A stretch of DNA of 24,000 nucleotides from an uncultured Methylococcaceae bacterium (lineage in GTDB: Bacteria; Pseudomonadota; Gammaproteobacteria; Methylococcales; Methylococcaceae): contig CAZOTR010000003.1 in the NCBI GenBank assembly GCA_964582755.1, forward strand, positions 1-24,000, read 5' to 3'. Shown here piece after piece: positions 16,509 through 21,961 of this stretch. Position 1 is the first letter of the stretch. Each line of letters begins with the position of its first letter. A program made the translations under genes and the position numbers. The notes beneath the pieces are model-generated. The model searched no databases and was not told where the DNA came from. It worked only from the letters and a program-made list of their open reading frames with translations.

Positions 16509-17345
16509 ATGCGCCAGAACCAATTGGTTTCAAAATTTAGACACTTGAGCGGGTTCGCCAAGGCCAACGCGCCGTTGACCGACGATGAAATCCGCCGTGC
16601 GGCCCCCTCGATCTTTGCGGCCAATCCGCACGGGTCGCGCTCGGAGCGCTATACCCTGATCCCGACCATCGACGTGCTGACGGCACTGCGCAAAGAAGGG
16701 TTTCAGCCCTTCATGGTCGTGCAGGCCGGGGTGCGCAATGAAGACCGCTTGGACTTCACCAAGCACATGATCCGGCTGCGCCACGAAAGCCGGATCAATG
16801 GCGCGGAGGCCAACGAGGTGATCCTCGTCAACTCCCACGACGGGTCGAGTTCCTACCAGATGCTCGGCGGCGTTTACCGCTTCGTCTGCCACAACGGGCT
16901 GATCTGCGGCGACACGGTTGAAGACCTGCGGGTCAAGCACCGTGGCGACGTGGTGGGCCAGGTCATCGAGGGGGCTTACACCATCTTGAAGGACTTCGAC
17001 CGGGTGGACGCTTCCAAGGGCGAGATGAAAGCTTTGGAACTTGACGATGGCGAGCAAAGAGCCTTCGCCCGTGCCGCTTTGGCGATGCGCTACGAGGAAG
17101 GCAAGGAAGTGCCGGTCACCGAAGACCAGGTGTTGCGACTGCATCGACGTGAGGACGACGCCGACAACCTCTGGACCACGCTGAATGTAGTCCAGGAGAA
17201 TCTGGTGCGGGGCGGACTGCGAGGCCGCAATGCCAAGGGCCGCAGGGTCACAACCCGGCCTGTCCAAGGCATCGACCAGAACGTGCAATTGAACCGGGGC
17301 CTTTGGGTGCTGGCCGAGGAGATGCGCAAGCTCAAGGCGGCTTGA
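16509..17345 (+). CDS. DUF932 (DUF945)-family protein
   Basis: Start chosen at ATG 16509. PLTDDEIRRAAPSIFAANPHGSRSERYTLIPTIDVLTALRKEGFQPFMVVQ is the characteristic N-terminal pattern of DUF932 proteins common on ICEs and plasmids. Confidence 0.8.
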   Translation: MRQNQLVSKFRHLSGFAKANAPLTDDEIRRAAPSIFAANPHGSRSERYTLIPTIDVLTALRKEGFQPFMVVQAGVRNEDRLDFTKHMIRLRHESRINGAEANEVILVNSHDGSSSYQMLGGVYRFVCHNGLICGDTVEDLRVKHRGDVVGQVIEGAYTILKDFDRVDASKGEMKALELDDGEQRAFARAALAMRYEEGKEVPVTEDQVLRLHRREDDADNLWTTLNVVQENLVRGGLRGRNAKGRRVTTRPVQGIDQNVQLNRGLWVLAEEMRKLKAA

Positions 17346-17438
17346 TACCCGAAAGGGAATGGCTCACTAACCCGCGAGGGGCATCAGCCCTCGCGGCGCC
17401 TGGATGCCCCTCGTTTTCCAATCACGAGGAGCATCACC

Positions 17439-18545
17439 ATGGCGTTAATGTTTCAACGGCTGGCGAGAAATTTCGCCGCGAACGGGTATTACCCTACCGA
17501 CGAGTCCACCATCGAACGGATATTGTCGATGCTGCGGCCCAGCCCACAGGGGACGATGAAACTCATCGACCCCTGCGCGGGCGAAGGGGTGGCGCTGGCT
17601 GAATGCAAGCACCATCTGGGCGCGGATCGCGCTGAGGCCTTCGGCGTGGAATTACATAAAGAGCGGGCCTGGAATGCGAAGGAAATCCTGGATCGTGTCA
17701 TCCACGGCGATTTCCAGGAGACCACGATCAGCTACCGCCGGTTCGGGTTGCTCTGGTTCAACCCGCCTTACGGCGATCTGGTCAGCGACCAGGGTTCCAC
17801 AGGCGACGACGGCGGCTCGGGGCGGCAACGCTTCGAAAAACTGTTTTACCACCGCGCCTACCGGCTGTTGCAGCCGGGCGGCGTCATGGTCTTGATAGTG
17901 CCGCATTATTCCCTAGACAAGGAGTATGCGGGCTGGATCGCGGGCTATTTTGAACGGGTCGAGGCGTTTCTGTCGCCCGGACAGCGTTTCAAGCAGGCCG
18001 TGGTGGTCGGGGTCAGGGCGAATGCCTGGCAATCCGGCGACGCGGCCAAGCGGGTGCGGGAACGGCTGCAAAGCCTGTCCCGTGGCGAAGCCGATACCCT
18101 GCCTGAAACCTGGGACGGCGAGCCTTACGAAATCCCCGAGGACAAGGGGCAGGCGGTCGAATTCACCGCCAAGCGTCTGGATCATGCCCAGCTTGCGGAG
18201 GAAATCCGCCGCCATCCCTGCCTGTGGCCGCAATTTGAATTGCACTTGGGCCGGGTGGGCAAGACCCAGCGTCGGCCCTTGCGGGCGCTCTCCCGCTGGC
18301 ATCTGGCCTTGTCGCTTGCGGCAGGCCAAGTTTCCGGGGTCGTCCGTTCCAATGACGGCAGCCGGGTGTACGTGGTCAAAGGCGACACCTTCAAGGGCAA
18401 GACCGTGAAGACCACGTTCGAGGAGGCCGAATCCGGGCATTTCGTCGAGATACGCACGGCGACGGATGTGTTCAAGCCGGTGATCCGGGCCTTGGACTTC
18501 ACACCGGGCAGCGAAACCTTCGGGCAGGCTTTGGTCATCCGATGA
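17439..18545 (+). CDS. SAM-dependent N6-adenine DNA methyltransferase-like protein (orphan)
   Basis: 368 aa. Motif I: LIDPCAGEGVAL. Motif IV: LLWFNPPYG (NPPY). No restriction-endonuclease gene is recognisable next to it. Confidence 0.75.
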   Translation: MALMFQRLARNFAANGYYPTDESTIERILSMLRPSPQGTMKLIDPCAGEGVALAECKHHLGADRAEAFGVELHKERAWNAKEILDRVIHGDFQETTISYRRFGLLWFNPPYGDLVSDQGSTGDDGGSGRQRFEKLFYHRAYRLLQPGGVMVLIVPHYSLDKEYAGWIAGYFERVEAFLSPGQRFKQAVVVGVRANAWQSGDAAKRVRERLQSLSRGEADTLPETWDGEPYEIPEDKGQAVEFTAKRLDHAQLAEEIRRHPCLWPQFELHLGRVGKTQRRPLRALSRWHLALSLAAGQVSGVVRSNDGSRVYVVKGDTFKGKTVKTTFEEAESGHFVEIRTATDVFKPVIRALDFTPGSETFGQALVIR

Positions 18546-18705
18546 CAGGGGCAGGCCGGAGGGATTGCGGAAAAGTTTGAGTTTCAACCCTCGCTGGCAT
18601 CGCCAGTGATTTTAACCACCGCCTTGCGGAGACGAACATGCTCTCCGCAAGGGGTAGCCGTGTTTCGTTTCCCAGGGCTTTTTTTTATCCTTGAGGAGAA
18701 CTGAT

Positions 18706-20490
18706 ATGGCTACAGAAACCACGTTGAAAGTGAACCAGGAGCGGCTGGTCAAAAATCTGCGCTTCAGCTTTACCGACGCCACCACGGTGTTGGGCGAGCT
18801 AATGCAGAACGCCCGCCGGGCCGGTGCGACGAAGGTCGTGATCGACTTTAACCCTGAGTCCAAGACCCTGGTGGTTTGCGATGACGGCTGCGGGATTGAC
18901 TGTTTTCAGACGCTGCTGACCGTGGCGGAATCGGGTTGGGACGCCGAGCTGGTCGAGCGTGAACATCCGTTTGGCATCGGCTTTTTGTCGGCGCTGTTCG
19001 CTTGCGAACACCTGACGGTGGAAAGCCGGGGCCAGCGGATCGCCATGCCGACGGCGGACATCCTGTCCTTCCAGCCGGTGGCGGTCACGCCGGTCATCCG
19101 CTGCCCGGTGGAACCCCGCTTCGAGGGCGACGCCTGCGGCTGCGGGTCGGACAATCTGACCGGCCCGGACGACGAAGGCGTTTACGATTGTTACGACTGC
19201 GGCTTGTTTTTCACCGCCGAAGCCATCGGCCAAGGCGAACGCTGGAACGGCGTGACGACCGTCAAGCTGGACGGCTTCAAGCCCGAACCCGGCAAGGTGG
19301 CAGGCCGCTTGGCGGCTTTGGCCGAGGGTTTTCCCATTCCGGTGGTGTTCAACGGCGAGGCACTCAAGCGGCCTTGGGCGCTGGACTCGGGACGCGAGTT
19401 CATCCAAACCGGGGTTGGCCAGGTTTACCTGAAAGGGTTTGGCGCCGGCGAGGCGTGGACGGCATCGGTGGAGGATCTGCATATCTACTTGCAAGGCTTG
19501 CCGGTTTACCAAACGCCGCGCAGTTGGCACCGGGGGGACAACAGCAATGTGATCCACCTGGATTCCTCGCTGTTCCACGCGAGGCTTCCCGACCGTGACA
19601 AACTGGTCGATGAAGACAAGGTGGTCAAGCAGGTGGCTGATGCCGTCAGGCAGGAGGTCATTCTGAGAATCCAGGCGTTGGCGGACAGCCTTGAACCCGA
19701 GGCGTTTGCCAAAGGCTATGACACACTTAGGAAATGGGATTGCCTTGAGTTGTTGAACGACATTCCGGTCATTCCCCGGCAAGTGCTGTCCTTCATCCAG
19801 AGCTATCCCATCAAGGAAGGTGCTTATCCGGTGAATCTCGACCAGGCGGAAACCGTCACCCGCGAGGATGTGGAGACTGGCAAGGTCTCCATCGCCCAAT
19901 TGGAATGTTTCAGTGAGGAGAACGCGCCGCACTGGATGTACGCTTGGCACAAGGGGATGCTGGTATATGACCATCCTTTGCACAGCGGCCATTGGCTGCA
20001 CCAGCATATGGTCGAGATGGACGGGCAGCCCGTCCAGGTGGAGATCGTCGGCGAGACCCACCGGGCCAATTTCGAAGGCCAGTGGGTGTGCGGCGACGCG
20101 GTGTTTTGCGAGAAGTACCGCCTGACCTTCGATGGCGATACGGTCGATATCGAAGGCGATTCGATCTATCTGGAGGACGATGGGCTGTTCGTGGTGCCGA
20201 AGTGTGACGCCTCCGGCTCTGTGGTGAACCAAGCCTGTTCGTACTTTGACGAGAACGACAGCTACAACCAGTCGGTCAAGGACGAGGACGACTGGGCGTT
20301 TGAGAAGTTCGTCGTGGCCAACACCTCGGCGAATCCGGCGAAAGCCCTGGAACGCCTGCTGCCATCTTTTGCGGGCTGCCCCAAGGTATTCGGCAGGCGC
20401 TTCACGCTGGAACTGGATTCGTCCGGGAAAGTCGTGTCGGTGGAGGAATCGTTGGACGGCAAGCTTGCAGGGCAAGGGATGGAGGGATAA
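18706..20490 (+). CDS. GHKL-superfamily (MutL/MORC/Hsp90-like Bergerat fold) ATPase with a Cys-rich insert
   Basis: Start chosen at ATG 18706 after the RBS GAGGAGA. N box: LGELMQNARRAGA. G1 box: VCDDGCGID. G2-like: HPFGIGFLSALF. The insert ...DACGCGSDNL...VYDCYDCGLFF (CxC ... CxxC) is zinc-ribbon-like. The large C-terminal region is not recognised. Confidence 0.7.
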   Translation: MATETTLKVNQERLVKNLRFSFTDATTVLGELMQNARRAGATKVVIDFNPESKTLVVCDDGCGIDCFQTLLTVAESGWDAELVEREHPFGIGFLSALFACEHLTVESRGQRIAMPTADILSFQPVAVTPVIRCPVEPRFEGDACGCGSDNLTGPDDEGVYDCYDCGLFFTAEAIGQGERWNGVTTVKLDGFKPEPGKVAGRLAALAEGFPIPVVFNGEALKRPWALDSGREFIQTGVGQVYLKGFGAGEAWTASVEDLHIYLQGLPVYQTPRSWHRGDNSNVIHLDSSLFHARLPDRDKLVDEDKVVKQVADAVRQEVILRIQALADSLEPEAFAKGYDTLRKWDCLELLNDIPVIPRQVLSFIQSYPIKEGAYPVNLDQAETVTREDVETGKVSIAQLECFSEENAPHWMYAWHKGMLVYDHPLHSGHWLHQHMVEMDGQPVQVEIVGETHRANFEGQWVCGDAVFCEKYRLTFDGDTVDIEGDSIYLEDDGLFVVPKCDASGSVVNQACSYFDENDSYNQSVKDEDDWAFEKFVVANTSANPAKALERLLPSFAGCPKVFGRRFTLELDSSGKVVSVEESLDGKLAGQGMEG

Positions 20491-20493
20491 GCC

Positions 20494-21000
20494 ATGTACC
20501 TGCATGACTTTGACGTGGCGTTTTGTGTGAAGTCCAACGTGGCGGAATGGGAGGATCTGCCGCCCTCTGTCGTGCTGTCCGTCTTGAGAAGACGGGTGGC
20601 GGAATTGACCGAGGACGAGGTTCTCGATGCGGTTGGATTCCTAAACACAATCCCGCTGGATGCCCCTGAAACCGGGGACGGAATGCCGGATGCCCATCGG
20701 GGCGGGCCGGGTGACAATCCGCCCCAGCCCAGATACCTGGCGGGAACCCGGATCTTGTCGATCTTCGGCGAATCCGGCGATACCGACGAGGAAATCGACG
20801 CGCAGACCGGCCCCCATGCCGTGGGAACCATCAGCCAAGTCCTCCCGGAGCAGGAAAACTGCTACGTGGTAGAGTTCCTTGGCGGGATATTCGCCTTCCT
20901 CAGCGATGAGGAGCTTGCGGATAGCCATTACTACCAGGTTTTGGACGGTGCTTCCGACGCGGTTGCCGTCCCCGAAACCGAGGAAGGAGAAGCGCCATGA
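20494..21000 (+). CDS. Very acidic hypothetical protein
   Basis: 168 aa. Starts 4 nt after the GHKL stop. Asp/Glu-rich with few basic residues. No family recognised. Confidence 0.5.
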   Translation: MYLHDFDVAFCVKSNVAEWEDLPPSVVLSVLRRRVAELTEDEVLDAVGFLNTIPLDAPETGDGMPDAHRGGPGDNPPQPRYLAGTRILSIFGESGDTDEEIDAQTGPHAVGTISQVLPEQENCYVVEFLGGIFAFLSDEELADSHYYQVLDGASDAVAVPETEEGEAP

Positions 21001-21248
21001 TCCGCGACGTGTTTGTGGTGATCTACGAGCATCGGCACGGCATGGACGTGGCGGCCCATGCCTCACACGGGCAGGCCTACGCCGCCGTGGCTGAAATTGC
21101 GCGAACCTGGTGGCAGGAACGCGCCGACCGGGCGGCACCGGAGGATTGTGCCGCGCTGTCCGACGAGGAAGTGGTCAATGCTTATTTCGACGGGCACGAA
21201 AGCGAGTTCTACAGCATTGAGAACTCAAAAGTCGATTTTCCCGATTGA
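20997..21248 (+). CDS. Small hypothetical protein
   Basis: 83 aa. ATGA overlap with the upstream ORF, suggesting translational coupling. No family recognised. Confidence 0.45.
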   Translation: MIRDVFVVIYEHRHGMDVAAHASHGQAYAAVAEIARTWWQERADRAAPEDCAALSDEEVVNAYFDGHESEFYSIENSKVDFPD

Positions 21249-21284
21249 ACGAGGCATCCACCCTCATCCAAAACTAGCTTTACG

Positions 21285-21553
21285 CCCCCCTTGCGGGGGG
21301 CTTCTTTAAGCGCCCCGGCGCGGGGTGCTTAAAGAAGCCTCAGAAAAAAACCGTGGCGACTGCGTTCTCAGCCGCACCCTTTGCTGCCGTGTGCCTACAC
21401 TGCCGGCGGCGGATACCTTGGTATCCCGTAGGCGTCATAGGCTGGAAGCCTTTCCATTTCGGGATCGACGATCCCTCTTTTTACCACCCGACCGGGGAAA
21501 CCTTTCCCCGGCGGGACAGGTTTCTCCGGTTTTTTTTGCATTGGAGAAACACC
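21285..21553 (+). repeat. Structured ICE leader element, copy F (full, long form)
   Basis: C6-ttgc-G6 hairpin and cttctttaagc/gcttaaagaag stem. Common core from gtggcgactgcg (21353). Terminal hairpin + T8. GGAGAAACACC-ATG. Confidence 0.85.
21493..21538 (+). terminator. Intrinsic-terminator-like hairpin + T8 inside copy F, 15 nt upstream of the ATG
   Basis: ccggggaaacct...aggtttctccgg (one G-U pair) followed by tttttttt. Confidence 0.5.
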
Positions 21554-21961
21554 ATGAACCCGCAACACCTTCAACTTTACCGGGAACTGCGCCAACAAGG
21601 GCTTGCCTCGCGCTACGCGCTGGCTTGCTCACGGGCGCGGATGGCCCTCGAATCCAAATGCGCGGCGACAGGCTTTGAATGGCGGGAAGACCGCCATGGC
21701 CTGCTGTACGCCTGCTGGCAAGAGGAGGGCTTTGACTTGATGGCCGCCGTCGTCATCGACGAGGACGGCTGGTGCGTAAGCGGCGTGGATTTCATCGGCC
21801 GGTTTACCAGCCGCTGGGAATCCGGCGCGATCCGCCACCACCAAGGCGACCGGAATGCCCACAAGTGGTTTATTCCGGCGAACCTGGGCGACCCCAAGGA
21901 GGAATACCGCCGCGCCTGTGCCTTCGGGCGCGACTGGTGGGTGCGACGTGAAGTCGTGTAA
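21554..21961 (+). CDS. Hypothetical ICE ORF, apparently interrupted at 21940/21941 by a group II intron
   Basis: Start chosen at ATG 21554 after the conserved leader. The reading frame runs 7 codons into the inferred intron (…GRDWW|VRREVV*), so the annotated C-terminus is probably not native. The 3' exon would lie beyond the window. Confidence 0.5.
   Translation: MNPQHLQLYRELRQQGLASRYALACSRARMALESKCAATGFEWREDRHGLLYACWQEEGFDLMAAVVIDEDGWCVSGVDFIGRFTSRWESGAIRHHQGDRNAHKWFIPANLGDPKEEYRRACAFGRDWWVRREVV

Noticed and set aside
18799-20505. 568-aa minus-strand ORF antisense to the GHKL ATPase gene.
   Set aside because: This is a typical high-GC antisense shadow ORF. It is Arg/Pro/Gly/His-rich with no motifs or RBS. 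The + strand ORF carries clear Bergerat-fold motifs.
5763-21553. Whether the repeated elements could be a CRISPR array or a transposon/MITE family.
   Set aside because: The units are about 200 nt and are separated by irregular multi-kb stretches of genes, not by 25-40 nt repeats with short spacers. They have no terminal inverted repeats or target-site duplications. All copies have the same orientation and a fixed position relative to start codons.
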